Made by a program: the position numbers and the translations under genes
Shown: positions 10,475 through 20,777 of the stretch, one piece after another
How positions within the stretch are numbered: position 1 is the first letter of the stretch
How the letters are laid out: each line of letters begins with the position of its first letter
Notes under the pieces: generated by a model
The model's input: only the letters and a program-made list of their open reading frames with translations
Told to the model about the DNA's origin: nothing
Database searches by the model: none
NCBI GenBank assembly: GCA_036373855.1
Contig: DASUUX010000193.1
Location: 4,847-68,846 of the forward strand
Length of the DNA: 64,000 nucleotides
Direction of reading: 5' to 3'
DNA from: Nitrososphaera sp.
GTDB taxonomy: Archaea; Thermoproteota; Nitrososphaeria; Nitrososphaerales; Nitrososphaeraceae

Positions 10475-10903
10475 ATGGAAAACAAAATTGAATCCGCTAC
10501 GGAAATAGAAGAGGAGATTGACAGTTATCTGGGGCTCAACTTCATCCGAGCACCAAAAAAGAACCATGAAGCCATGGCACAGATTGGGAAGCCATTTGTG
10601 CAATGGTTCAAAAAGCATGGGGTTAGACCTGAGATTTACCATCTAAGCAGCAGCACCACAACAACAAGCGAGCAGGAGAAGGCTCCTGAGGGCTTAGAAA
10701 GCATTGCAAAGACCCTTTCTATTGGAGATGATGAGGAGGTTTGGGTCCTGCTGCAATTCTATAGAGACCGAGCTCACGCAGATGAAGTCACTGCAAAGTT
10801 GATGCAAGACGGAAGTATTGGTGCACTTATCAAGGAGTTCGATGGTCTAGTCACCCAGGGGTCAAGCCTCATAATGGGAGGATTCAGCCGCCTTAGGGTG
10901 TAG
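10475..10903 (+). CDS. DUF1428-like dimeric alpha/beta-barrel protein
   Basis: ATG at 10475; pattern R.PKKNHEAM..FKKHG..FYRDRAHADEV..MQD..MGGF. Confidence 0.6.
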   Translation: MENKIESATEIEEEIDSYLGLNFIRAPKKNHEAMAQIGKPFVQWFKKHGVRPEIYHLSSSTTTTSEQEKAPEGLESIAKTLSIGDDEEVWVLLQFYRDRAHADEVTAKLMQDGSIGALIKEFDGLVTQGSSLIMGGFSRLRV

Positions 10904-10915
10904 GAGTAGTAGAAA

Positions 10916-11256
10916 TCATAACAGCTTAAGTTGATGGTAGTAGTGCTGGTGGTGGTCTTCCTCTTCTTTTCCTTTCTTTAGCAGCAATAACCTTTCGACT
11001 TTAGCCTCTATCTGTTCAACCTGTTCTGAAATGCATTCGGTTAGCTGCTTGTAATGGTATAAGACTATAGACATCAGTATCGGATGGAGTCTCACATATT
11101 GTACAGAATAGGAGCAGGCAGAGATGTAGACTCTACGAACGTCAAACATCTCATCAAACTTCTTTCTCTCTGATTATCTGAGGCATTACGAAATGGCTTC
11201 CAATCTTCCTTCTCCATTTCAAGTGCAATTCTAAATGATGGTATTGTCCTACCCAT
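10916..11256 (-). pseudogene. MGRTIPSFR-type small protein (resembles the partner gene of inactivated PolB2 operons), frameshifted
   Basis: MGRTIPSFRIALEMEKEDWKPFRNA from ATG 11256; one-base shift near 11173 continues as SERKKFDEMFDVRRVYISACS..LHPILMSIVL. Confidence 0.7.
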
Positions 11257-11472
11257 CTATCTTATTTCGGCCACCGCCGCCCTATCATCCCAATCCAGTT
11301 ATGATAATAATGATCAGGCTAAAAGGTACCATAAATACCCCTTCACAGAGACAATGTTGAATTAACGGTTGTTCATTAGAGCATGTTGCAAAATGCTTGC
11401 CAGTCACAATAAGGCTATACCTAAATAATAGCCGAAAATTTAAATCCGTACACCAAAGCTAGGTAGCCTTTG

Positions 11473-11864
11473 ATGTCTATAGAAGACAAGTAGACTATCA
11501 GCGTGTTGAAAAATTTCTTGAAAAACTACTTGGGACTCATGAGTATTACATCGATCCTAAAATAAATGAAATTCCACATCAGGGAGGTTCACTTGGTCAA
11601 AAATTATCAGAGGCATTGGATACCTATCAAAAAGCGAAAATTTTTTCTGTCTCACGCATTCCGACACCTGGTATTGTTACTATTGCTGTCAATCCGATCA
11701 CGGCTGCATTATTGCATGGAGTTGTCATTGACAAAGAGGACTTTAGGAAGCAACTTAAGGACGCAGAAAGTAGACTTGGAGAATGTGAGGAGAAGAATCG
11801 GGAGTTAAAAAAGCATAATGAGGAATTACAGAGAAAGATTAGGGAGCTGAATCAGAAAAAATAA
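11473..11864 (+). CDS. Hypothetical protein with C-terminal coiled coil; 5' end apparently frameshifted
   Basis: Frame of the 11616 ORF is open upstream (YRRQVDYQRVEKFLEKLL..); ATG at 11473 is out of frame; heptad-rich C-terminus. Confidence 0.5.
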
Positions 11865-11888
11865 GATACTTCAATACAGCGGCAACTC

Positions 11889-12201
11889 CAGCAGTTCTGT
11901 AGGAAAGGCTGGCGTGTTGCCCTTTACTTTGATTCTAGGTTCAAGAACCCCGATGGGCACGAACTTTGTCCCCTTGGAGAAAGATCCACTTGGACAGCTT
12001 TCTCCTCATCGATGCAAGAACAAGCCGCAGTACTAGTGACCACAACTGGAACAACAACAGGAGCAACCAAAACATAAAAAGCCCGATGTCAACAACAACA
12101 AGGCTGAAGACATTGCAGTCCTCAAAGATCGGCTAAACGCTATTGATAAAGAGCAGGAACTCATTATCGATCTTCTACAAGGGGTCATAACTAAGAAATG
12201 A
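11889..12201 (+). pseudogene. Degraded zinc-knuckle/coiled-coil protein
   Basis: QQFCRKG.RVALYFDSRFKNPDG / NFVPLEKDPLGQLSPHRCKNKPQY** ..AEDIAVLKDRLNAIDKEQELIIDLLQGVITKK*; frameshift near 11957 and two stops; stop overlaps the next ATG (ATGA). Confidence 0.55.
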
Positions 12202-12416
12202 AATCGGATAACAACAACGTCGGCGGCAGCAGCACTTTATTGTTGGAAGAGGCATACAAGCTAGTAAAAAGCTGGAACTGTACTAGACCCTTTGCGTTAT
12301 ACATTATGTTTTGCAAAGCAATGGCTGTAGGTGACAAAATGAGGGCTGAAGCATGTATGAACGTGTTAGGACAAGAAGTCATGAATTCACTAGCTGATCC
12401 ATTGTTTGGAGGTTAA
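12198..12416 (+). CDS. Hypothetical protein
   Basis: 72-aa ORF coupled by an ATGA overlap to the upstream remnant. Confidence 0.5.
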   Translation: MKSDNNNVGGSSTLLLEEAYKLVKSWNCTRPFALYIMFCKAMAVGDKMRAEACMNVLGQEVMNSLADPLFGG

Positions 12417-12638
12417 GAAAAGAAGATCATAGTGTCAGCTGAGACCAAATTCACGCTCACTCTCATAGCCATAGGAGCGGGTGCAATCGCTGCAAAACGT
12501 CTTGCTGGTATGGGGCATTATTCGAAACGTGTAGGGGGAAATTAGCAGTATAATACATAGTAATCAAATTTATTCTACCTTCTTGTCTGTTAAGTTGCTT
12601 CAACTATAATTTATATCGTCTAGATATCTTTCAGTTAT

Positions 12639-12911
12639 GTGAAAAACCGTAGCAGACCTGATATCATGGCCATTATTTTGGAGTCTGCTAACGGTGGAAT
12701 AACAAAGACAAAGCTACTTACTCGCGCTAACCTTACAAGCGAACAGCTTAGACAGTATCTTGATGTTCTTATTACAAAAAAGCTAGTAGTGCAACTTGCT
12801 GACGAAGACAAGACGCATCTGGCTTACCGGACCACAGAAAAAGGCATAAGATACCTCTCAATCTATTCGACTCTAAAAAGCATTGCAATCTTTCCACAGG
12901 AAGAAGACTAA
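12639..12911 (+). CDS. Archaeal winged-helix transcription regulator (HTH_45/ArnR1-like)
   Basis: RSRPDIMAIILE..GITKTKL..ANL..YL..L..YRTTEKG. Confidence 0.85.
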   Translation: MKNRSRPDIMAIILESANGGITKTKLLTRANLTSEQLRQYLDVLITKKLVVQLADEDKTHLAYRTTEKGIRYLSIYSTLKSIAIFPQEED

Positions 12912-13162
12912 CTACTTTTGTTGTTATTGTTGTTCCATTTGTAATAGACAGTGCCTCCTCGGCACATTGAGTAAACATCAGATTTGCCCTCTCTAAGTGA
13001 ACTTATAACTTCAAGCTCCGCCAGCAATCGTTCAATTTCGTAGTCCTTCTTTTTTGGCGCAAGGAGGTTGAGGATCTCTTCCCTTGAGTACATCTTTGAA
13101 GGCTCCCGACGCAATATGTTTTGTATTTCCTGCATTAGATCTGCTGACGTCATGTCAATCAC
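12908..13162 (-). CDS. Conserved hypothetical protein (winged-helix-like), coupled to ychF
   Basis: Overlaps ychF stop; CRGGTVYYKW C-terminus. Confidence 0.6.
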   Translation of the reverse strand: MIDMTSADLMQEIQNILRREPSKMYSREEILNLLAPKKKDYEIERLLAELEVISSLREGKSDVYSMCRGGTVYYKWNNNNNKSS

Positions 13163-14373
13163 TTTTTCTTTGTCCTTGCCGATACTATAGACAACACATC
13201 ACGGTCCTTTAACTGGTAGCTCACAGGCAACCTGATGCCGTCCCTGCCATCAAGAGCATATATTACGCCTTTTGCCAGCTCGCTATGGATCTCCCTTGCC
13301 AGATCCTCAACAGTAGATCCTGATCTCATTAAGTATACATCTGGCAGCACATTCCCATGCTTGTCTGAGAACTTTTGGATGTCAGCAACCGGGTAGACGG
13401 CATTCATCTTGAGCAACTTGAACACAGCCACATTTATTGCAAACTGCACGCCGGTGCGCATATATTCGCCTAGGATATCCTTGCGTATGAAGTTAAGTGC
13501 CCACTTTTGCTTGTCATTGAGCTTTGTCTGATCGTTTATTTCAAAGCGTTCGTCCCCCGGAATGTATCGAATGATCCCCTTGTTTTCTGCACGCCTGAGT
13601 GTAAGTTCAGCGTCAGCACTTGCCGGTATTATTATAACATCACGGTATTCTTCGCGCAGACGCTTAAAGTTTTCCGTCGCAGAAGGAAGGTCGACTTTGT
13701 TTGCAACTATTAGTGTGGGCTTTGAAATCTCGCGCAGGCTCCAGCAAAAGTCCTTGCTCTCCTGTATCCCAAAGTTGTCAAATACAGCCTCAGCCATATT
13801 ATTTTGTGCAAGGGCAAGCTTGACATGATCTTCTCTTACCCCAATACCGCGGAAAATCTCAGTTATAGCAGCAACTGTGTTCATACCTGAGCCAATGGCG
13901 CGCGATATCTTGTCCCTGTTTGCCTCAAGCAGCTTTAGGTACCACATAACAAGCTCCTCCTCGATGTCTGCTACATCTGCAACGGGGTCGCCTGTGCCAG
14001 GCTCCGCGATTTTGCCTGATGCATCAATGCTGCCTGATGCGTCAACGATGTGTAGTAAAGCGTCCGATTGTGCCGCTATTGTGAGGAATTGGTTCCCAAG
14101 TCCCTTGCCCTCCCATGCACCCTTGATCAGGCCCGGCAGGTCGACAAGCTCAACTGGAATAAAGCGCCAGCCGTCTATACAACCAGAGTTCTTCGGGTTG
14201 TCCTGCAGGTTGAACTCCTTGTGAACACAATGTGTTATTGCATGAGCGTTGCCCACTGCAGGCTTTTTTGTGGTGAACGGGTAATTGGATATCTCAGCAG
14301 ACAGTAGTGTAGCGGAATTGAAGAAGGTCGTTTTGCCTGTGTTTGTCTTGCCAATCAGCCCTATCTTGATCAT
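13159..14373 (-). CDS. ychF: Obg-family ATPase/GTPase YchF with C-terminal TGS domain
   Basis: GKTNTGKTTFF, YPFTT, DLPGL..GAWEGKGLGNQFL, ANKVD, TGS motif DLAREIHSEL. Confidence 0.92.
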   Translation of the reverse strand: MIKIGLIGKTNTGKTTFFNSATLLSAEISNYPFTTKKPAVGNAHAITHCVHKEFNLQDNPKNSGCIDGWRFIPVELVDLPGLIKGAWEGKGLGNQFLTIAAQSDALLHIVDASGSIDASGKIAEPGTGDPVADVADIEEELVMWYLKLLEANRDKISRAIGSGMNTVAAITEIFRGIGVREDHVKLALAQNNMAEAVFDNFGIQESKDFCWSLREISKPTLIVANKVDLPSATENFKRLREEYRDVIIIPASADAELTLRRAENKGIIRYIPGDERFEINDQTKLNDKQKWALNFIRKDILGEYMRTGVQFAINVAVFKLLKMNAVYPVADIQKFSDKHGNVLPDVYLMRSGSTVEDLAREIHSELAKGVIYALDGRDGIRLPVSYQLKDRDVLSIVSARTKKK

Positions 14374-14415
14374 GGTTTTTCACTTTATTATTATTATTAT
14401 TTATATATACTGTGT

Positions 14416-14727
14416 TCAGTGCACGTGGTGACAGACAATCACAAGGTACCCGACTAAACCTAGAAACCCTCCAAGCAGCGATAGATGGATAAAGAAATCC
14501 TTCTTCTCAGCCAGTGCAAATTTTCTTTGCTTATAGACTGGAATTGAGACCTGCATATACCGTATTACTATAGTATTGCTAACGGATAAGATTTGCTGCT
14601 TGGAATATAATTTTGTGTCGTCAGTCTGTTCAGCTCTGTATTCGCATAGAGTATACTTCTTGATGAATTTTTCATCTACAGAGTGGTCTTTATGTTGATT
14701 GTTAGAAACTCTTTCCAGGTACTTCAT
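14416..14727 (-). CDS. Hypothetical protein with C-terminal TM helix
   Basis: 103-aa ORF with a hydrophobic C-terminus; no family recognised. Confidence 0.35.
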   Translation of the reverse strand: MKYLERVSNNQHKDHSVDEKFIKKYTLCEYRAEQTDDTKLYSKQQILSVSNTIVIRYMQVSIPVYKQRKFALAEKKDFFIHLSLLGGFLGLVGYLVIVCHHVH

Positions 14728-15000
14728 GCCTGGAACTAGGAAAAGAAGATATATTTTCTTGCATTTTCAAGTGCCTAGTTGCTATCAGTTTCCCTCAAAA
14801 GGCTTGCTTGCTACTGCTTCGCAGCCATCGCCGATTAATGCCCATATAACTACTCGCTGCATGGATATAAATCTAAAATAGCAAGGATAATAGGAATTAT
14901 CACGGCACAGCGATTTTCCGTTGCTTCTCACTTTTTTTGAAAAATTTTTATTGCCGAGTCCACATATTACTCTTTTTGAAACGGTCTTGTTATTATTAAC

Positions 15001-15351
15001 CTACCTTTCCAACCTTCCAAGAGCCATCTTGATCTCATCGCAGCGCCAGGACATCTCACTTATCTGGTCGGCAGTAAGGTCAGACTCCCATCTCTCCAAA
15101 ACAGTCTTGCAGATTTCCGAAGCGTTATATAGTATTGCCCAATATGGGTGATGTTCTGCAGTTGTATATGCTAGCTCCATCACCTCTCCTAGACCGGAAG
15201 ATGCTCGCTTGATATAGTGAGAACCTTCCCCATAGATTCTAACAACACTGGTGTCTCTATCGACGCTTACTTTGAAAAAGATATTATTTTGCTTCTGAAG
15301 CTCTTCGAGAGGAGCTTTGATCGCCTCTAAAACCCTATCTATACTTGACAT
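15001..15351 (-). CDS. Conserved hypothetical protein
   Basis: Protein-like composition (AYTTAEHHPYW); co-oriented within a gene string. Confidence 0.7.
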   Translation of the reverse strand: MSSIDRVLEAIKAPLEELQKQNNIFFKVSVDRDTSVVRIYGEGSHYIKRASSGLGEVMELAYTTAEHHPYWAILYNASEICKTVLERWESDLTADQISEMSWRCDEIKMALGRLER

Positions 15352-15384
15352 CAGATAAGAGTATCATAATCCGTACAATTTAAC

Positions 15385-15804
15385 TCAGTCACTGAACAGC
15401 CTCCTGTGTTCTGCCATCATGCACCTGTTGTAGACTGCAGAAATATCCTTTTCCTTGGCCATCTTCTCTGCTTGCTTGCTGTAGATACCCTCCTGCATCC
15501 AGATCACCTTGATGCCCTCTTTCTTTAAAGTATCTTCAACCACAGAGGGTACATCTTCTGAACGTCTGAAAATATCGACGATGTCTATTCCGTCTGGTAT
15601 GCTACTGACAGTAGGATATGACTTGCGTCCCAAGATTTCTGTGGCTGTAGGGTTGACGGGGATAACATTGAATCCGTGATCGATGAGGTACCTTGGCACA
15701 TAATGAGCTGCCTTCTCCTCATTTTTTGACATTCCTACCACCGCGATGTTTTTCAACGTGTAGAATTTCTTTATTTCATCATCTGAGTGAGAGTCTTTTT
15801 CCAT
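15385..15804 (-). CDS. CoA-binding protein (YccU-like)
   Basis: IAVVGMS, VIPVNP, DIVDIFRRSE, IWMQEGI, NRCMM. Confidence 0.92.
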   Translation of the reverse strand: MEKDSHSDDEIKKFYTLKNIAVVGMSKNEEKAAHYVPRYLIDHGFNVIPVNPTATEILGRKSYPTVSSIPDGIDIVDIFRRSEDVPSVVEDTLKKEGIKVIWMQEGIYSKQAEKMAKEKDISAVYNRCMMAEHRRLFSD

Positions 15805-15838
15805 ATGATTAATTTCATTTGCACATTATTTAAACAGA

Positions 15839-16210
15839 CTAGGAGCCAATCATGCCAGGTAATTTCCATGGAGTTCGATAGGGCTGTACTATCTCAATGC
15901 CTGGCTCGGCTGTGACTTTCACCTGATCGAGCTGTACATCTTCAGGGGGCGAAAGTGTTAGTGTGTCGCCTGGCTGCAGAACGCCTATTGGAGGCTCTGT
16001 GTTGCCTCCATAATCGACAAGCAAGTTTGTAAGAGGCAGCCTGCCAGTATTCTTTATGACTACCCGTGCATTTGTAAAGAGTGACTGCTCGTCCTTGAGT
16101 GCATCTACACTCAGGTCGTAATCTTTTGTCGGGAGGGCAGAAGCAAACATAGCGAGAAGGGCGACTACAACTATGCCAGCCGCTATTACCACAATAAACG
16201 CTATACGCAT
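15839..16210 (-). CDS. Membrane-anchored hypothetical protein with Ig-like domain
   Basis: N-terminal TM helix; VVIKNTG..LQPG pattern. Confidence 0.7.
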   Translation of the reverse strand: MRIAFIVVIAAGIVVVALLAMFASALPTKDYDLSVDALKDEQSLFTNARVVIKNTGRLPLTNLLVDYGGNTEPPIGVLQPGDTLTLSPPEDVQLDQVKVTAEPGIEIVQPYRTPWKLPGMIGS

Positions 16211-16249
16211 CAGAAAAGATTGAGTCTGAATATATTTAAGCTATTATTA

Positions 16250-17695
16250 TTATTCACCTTTCATCTGTATCCTTGACTTAAACACTGGACGTATTCCAAG
16301 CGGTGCATAATTACCTGTAGAGCAGGTAAAGCATAACTCTTCCTCCGGCATCCCTATAGCCTTTGCGAGATTGGTGGTATCATTGTATCCTACATAGTCC
16401 GCCCCTATTGCCTGTGCGACATACGACCCTATCTTGTTGCTTGATTCTTTGGTAGTGTCATGCTGGTACGCTATTAATTCATCCTGCGATGGGAAGTCGA
16501 TGCCGGCATAGCATGGGTAACGTATAGGGGGATATGTAACTACAAGGCTCACCCTTTTTGCCCCAACCATCCTAAGCGTTCTGATTATCTCAGCAGAGCT
16601 TGTGCCTCTTACGATGCTGTCGTCTACGATAACAACATGCTTGTATTCAACCACTTCCGGTATCGGGATTATACCCTTGTTTATCTCCAGTCTGTTGTTT
16701 TGATACGGCTCGATAAAACTGCGCATCGAGCCTTTCTTGCTGTATCTGTCCTTCAGCAATCCTTCTTCAAATGGAAGACCGAGCTCCTGTGCATAGCCCA
16801 GCGCAGCTGGTCGTGCCGAGTCAGGGACTGGGACTACAACGTCTGCATTTGTTAAAGGAAATTTCTTTGCAAGAAACTGCCCTATCCTCTTCCTTGCGGC
16901 GTAAATGTTGATTCCTTCCATTATGCTGGACGGATGTGCAAAATACGTATATTCAAATGCACAGTGGGCATGCGGCCTTTCGTTGGCAAAATGCTGCGAA
17001 GTCAAACCGCCCTTGCTTATCTTCAAGAGCTCGCCAGCCTCTACATCCCGTATCAGTTGCGCTCCGACTGCTGCAAGTGCACATGACTCTGAAGCAACAA
17101 TGTAGGTATTGGTTTCTCTATGATATCCAAGGACTAGCGGACGGAAACCGCGTGCATCTCGGGCTGCATACACAGAACCCTCGTCTGTCAGAAATGTAAA
17201 GCAGAAGGAGCCGACCATTTCTCCTTTCAAAATATGCATCGCCTCTGCCATGTCCTCTTTGTCAGCTAGGTGCATGACAAGGCGCTGAGCTGCTACAAGA
17301 GTGTCGCTCATTGTTTGTGGGGTAAAAGTGCAACCGCCGACCATTCCTGACAGCTCTTCGACATTGGCAATTGTACCGTTATGTGCAATACAGAGATCTT
17401 TTACTCTGAGAGGCTGGGCATTTTCAATTGTGCTCTTGCCAAGGGTGGAATAGCGGACATGTCCGATGGCCGTGTGCGACTTGTATTTTTTGATCACCAT
17501 TGGAAAGCCTGAGGCTGCAGAAGAGACGAGTCCAAGTGTTCTGAATGGAGGTTTGCCGGGAACTGCAATGCCCCATGCTTCCTGCCCGCGATGCTGTAGA
17601 GCTCGTAACGAATCTATGACAAAAGGTATGACATTATGCCCATCAAGGGAAAAGATCCCAATTACGCCGCAGTTTTCATGAACCAACGTCTTCAC
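16250..17695 (-). CDS. purF: Amidophosphoribosyltransferase
   Basis: ENCGVIG, LQHRGQE, GHVRYST, HNG, PVPDS, VDDSIVRGTS, CFTC. Confidence 0.97.
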   Translation of the reverse strand: MKTLVHENCGVIGIFSLDGHNVIPFVIDSLRALQHRGQEAWGIAVPGKPPFRTLGLVSSAASGFPMVIKKYKSHTAIGHVRYSTLGKSTIENAQPLRVKDLCIAHNGTIANVEELSGMVGGCTFTPQTMSDTLVAAQRLVMHLADKEDMAEAMHILKGEMVGSFCFTFLTDEGSVYAARDARGFRPLVLGYHRETNTYIVASESCALAAVGAQLIRDVEAGELLKISKGGLTSQHFANERPHAHCAFEYTYFAHPSSIMEGINIYAARKRIGQFLAKKFPLTNADVVVPVPDSARPAALGYAQELGLPFEEGLLKDRYSKKGSMRSFIEPYQNNRLEINKGIIPIPEVVEYKHVVIVDDSIVRGTSSAEIIRTLRMVGAKRVSLVVTYPPIRYPCYAGIDFPSQDELIAYQHDTTKESSNKIGSYVAQAIGADYVGYNDTTNLAKAIGMPEEELCFTCSTGNYAPLGIRPVFKSRIQMKGE

Positions 17696-17748
17696 CCAAG
17701 ATATAGTAAATTGAGCATTAAGCTATTAAAAATATATCTTCTTCATAA

Positions 17749-19917
17749 CTAAAGTGTCCTCTCAAGCAAGTAAAAATTTGACTGCAAGTGCTTCAAAGAA
17801 AGTCTGATCATGTCTCGCTTTCCCTTGATAAACTCAATGTTAGTAGGTATAGTTTTGCCGAACTCTGCAAACCTCACCCCTTTAGCCGATAGCACTTTGT
17901 GGACATTCTCTGGATCCTTTGTGGCGATGATATAGCGAGACTGTGTCTCAGAGAATAGGAGTTCGTCAATCTGTTTGCAAGAGTTTGGAACAGAGTCAAG
18001 CTGAACTTTGAAGCCGATCGACCCAGCTATCGCCATTTCAGCAAGTGCAACTGCAATGCCGCCCTTTGAGCAATCATGGGCGCAGCTTACCAGGCCCGTT
18101 TTTATGAGGTTCAGTACGGCAGTCCTATTCTGCCTATCCGCTTTCAAATCAACCTGTGGAACAGTCCCGCCTGTTATTTTATGAAAATATTCATAGTATT
18201 CAGAACCGCCCATTTCTGGCTGGGTATGCCCAACGATAAAGATTGATTCGTTTGCTGAGAATGCCATTTGCATGAGAGAAGATTCACTTTCGACTAGGCC
18301 AAGCGTGCCTATGACAGGCGACGGCTTGATCGGACCCTTTGCAGTTTCATTGTAAAAGCTTACCTTACCCCCGACTACCGGAATGTCCATGAACCTGCAA
18401 TAGTCTACTATGGCATTTACCGTCTGAACAAACGTCCAGTAAATCTCTGGGTCTTCCGGACTTGCAAACTGCAGGTGGTCTACTACTCCAATGGGTTCAG
18501 CGCCTGTGCAGACGATATTTCTAAATCCTTCTGAGAGAACACCAAGCGTTCCTTGGTATGGGTCAAGGTAACAGTGCTTTGAGTTACCATCCAGCTTAAC
18601 TGCAACAAACTTGCCATTGTCAAGCCTCATTACTGCTGCGTCAGCTGCCCCCGGCTTGATCACAGTTCTTATTCCCACTTCGTGATCGTATTGTTGGTAG
18701 ACCCATCGCTTGCTTGCTATTGTAGGGTTTGCCAAGAGCGACAGCAAGACCTTCCCAAGGTTTGAGGGCTGGAGCGGTCGCTTAACTCTTTTCAGCTTGT
18801 CTATGTAAGTAGGTCGCTTCGCCGCCCTATCTGCAAGGGGCGCGTGGGCAACCAAATGCGAAGGCATTTGCATAATGACCTTGCCTGAATGTCTGACGAC
18901 AAGATCTTGGTGCTCTTGGACAGTGCCAATGATAGAATGGTTGATTCCGTATTTACTAAGAATCGACTGCAATATTGACAGTTTTGGTCTGTCAGTAATG
19001 TAGAGCATGCGCTCCTGTGACTCCGATATCATGAGCTCATTTGGCATCATATGCCTTTCTCTTGTATGGATCTTTGTCAGCTCGATGTCAAAGCCCTTAG
19101 CAAGATTGTCTGATGTCTCCGACAAACAGCAGGAAAGTCCGCCGCCTCCCAAGTCTTTGATGCACTTGAGACACCCATGTTTGACTGCTTCCATCGTTGC
19201 CTCCAACAACAATTTTTCAAGAAACGGATCTGGAATCTGTACAGCTGACCTATTCTCCTCTTCAAGTGTCTTTGAGGCAAAGGAGGCACCCCGTATGCCA
19301 TCTCGACCAGTCGGGCCGCCTGCAAGTATTATTATGTCATCTGCTTCAGCCTCGTTGGTGATAATGTCTTCTTTTCTACCAAAGCCTATCGCTGCGACGT
19401 CGACTAAACAATAATCCTGGAATGAGGAGTCAAACTCAATCTCGCCACCGACTGTTGGAATCCCTATGCAGTTTCCATAATCTGCAATGCCCTTTACCAC
19501 ATTCTTAAATAGCCACTTTGATTTCGCAACAGAATGGTTATCATCAATTATTGGTGCAAATCTCAGGGCATCAAGAACAGCAATTGGGCGAGTTCCCATC
19601 GACATAATATCACGTATTACCCCTCCGACGCCTGTTGCAGCTCCGCCAAATGGCTCTATGGCTGAAGGATGATTGTGGCTCTCAATGTGCACTGTCAAGA
19701 TGTAGCCATCCCCAACGTCAAGCACCCCGGCATCATAGCCGGGGCCAACTACTACATGCTTGCCCTTTGTGGGCAGCAACTGCAAATATTTTTTGGATGA
19801 CTTGTACGAACAATGCTCTGACCATTGAGCGCCTACTGCATCCTGTTCGATCTCGTTTGGCTTTCGCTTTAGTTCTTGTTCAAGGTATTTAAGCTCCTTC
19901 TTTGTGAGGACATCCAT
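17749..19917 (-). CDS. purL: FGAM synthase subunit PurL
   Basis: WSEHCSYKSS, ESHNHPSA, GRDGI, DLGGGG, SESQERM, QQYDHEV, GGKVSFYN. Confidence 0.97.
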   Translation of the reverse strand: MDVLTKKELKYLEQELKRKPNEIEQDAVGAQWSEHCSYKSSKKYLQLLPTKGKHVVVGPGYDAGVLDVGDGYILTVHIESHNHPSAIEPFGGAATGVGGVIRDIMSMGTRPIAVLDALRFAPIIDDNHSVAKSKWLFKNVVKGIADYGNCIGIPTVGGEIEFDSSFQDYCLVDVAAIGFGRKEDIITNEAEADDIIILAGGPTGRDGIRGASFASKTLEEENRSAVQIPDPFLEKLLLEATMEAVKHGCLKCIKDLGGGGLSCCLSETSDNLAKGFDIELTKIHTRERHMMPNELMISESQERMLYITDRPKLSILQSILSKYGINHSIIGTVQEHQDLVVRHSGKVIMQMPSHLVAHAPLADRAAKRPTYIDKLKRVKRPLQPSNLGKVLLSLLANPTIASKRWVYQQYDHEVGIRTVIKPGAADAAVMRLDNGKFVAVKLDGNSKHCYLDPYQGTLGVLSEGFRNIVCTGAEPIGVVDHLQFASPEDPEIYWTFVQTVNAIVDYCRFMDIPVVGGKVSFYNETAKGPIKPSPVIGTLGLVESESSLMQMAFSANESIFIVGHTQPEMGGSEYYEYFHKITGGTVPQVDLKADRQNRTAVLNLIKTGLVSCAHDCSKGGIAVALAEMAIAGSIGFKVQLDSVPNSCKQIDELLFSETQSRYIIATKDPENVHKVLSAKGVRFAEFGKTIPTNIEFIKGKRDMIRLSLKHLQSNFYLLERTL

Positions 19918-19919
19918 CT

Positions 19920-20651
19920 CTATGGTATCGCCTTTTGCTTCAGGTTTGATACAAGCGACCAGAAAATTGTAATGGCATCACTGGTGCTACTGCTGTTGTT
20001 GTTATTTTTTCTGCTGCTGTGGCGGTCGACTGTGAGGATTCTTTCGCTCGCCCTCTCCGGGTGTGGCATCATACCCATCACGTTGCCGTCTTCGCTGCAT
20101 ATTGCTGCAATGAGGTCGGTCGATCCGTTCGGGTTGTCACCCGTGTATCGCAGAACGATCTGATTCCTTTTTTTCAGCTCCTTCAATATCTTGCTGTCAG
20201 CTACATAGCGGCCATCGCCGTGGGCAATAGGGATACCAAATTTCTGCTTGAGTGCAAACTGGTTTGTAAAAGGTGTTTTGTTGTTTGTAACTTGCACGTT
20301 TGTCCACCTGCAGACAAAGCGGAGGGAGTCGTTCATCATGAGGGCGCCTGGCAATAGTCCGGACTCAACAAGAATTTGAAAACCGTTGCATATTCCGAGA
20401 ACCGGCAGGCCATCCTTTGCCATCCTTTTTACCTCCTGCATTATCGGGCTATGGGCAGCAATTATTCCGGGGCGAAGCCTGTCGCCGAAGGCAAAGCCTC
20501 CAGGGATTATCATCGCATCATAGCCGCTGATGCGATGCTTGGTGTGCCAAATAAAGTCGGCCTCGACGCCTATTATATTTTTAAGAATATAGTGAACGTC
20601 GCGGTCGCAGTTGCTGCCAGGGAAAACAGCTATCCCAATTCTTGCTGCCAT
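19920..20651 (-). CDS. purQ: FGAM synthase glutaminase subunit PurQ
   Basis: VFPGSNCD, GICNGFQ, IAHGDG, NPNGS, GMMPHPER. Confidence 0.97.
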   Translation of the reverse strand: MAARIGIAVFPGSNCDRDVHYILKNIIGVEADFIWHTKHRISGYDAMIIPGGFAFGDRLRPGIIAAHSPIMQEVKRMAKDGLPVLGICNGFQILVESGLLPGALMMNDSLRFVCRWTNVQVTNNKTPFTNQFALKQKFGIPIAHGDGRYVADSKILKELKKRNQIVLRYTGDNPNGSTDLIAAICSEDGNVMGMMPHPERASERILTVDRHSSRKNNNNSSSTSDAITIFWSLVSNLKQKAIP

Positions 20652-20777
20652 TACTTTGCAATAAAAGCTTGCAAGCGCTCGTATTAATATCTTCAGACTG
20701 GCCAGTTTTACCCTACATAGCTATACAGATCGCTAGAGTATTGTTTTTATCATCGATTGATTCTGAAAAAATTGTTT

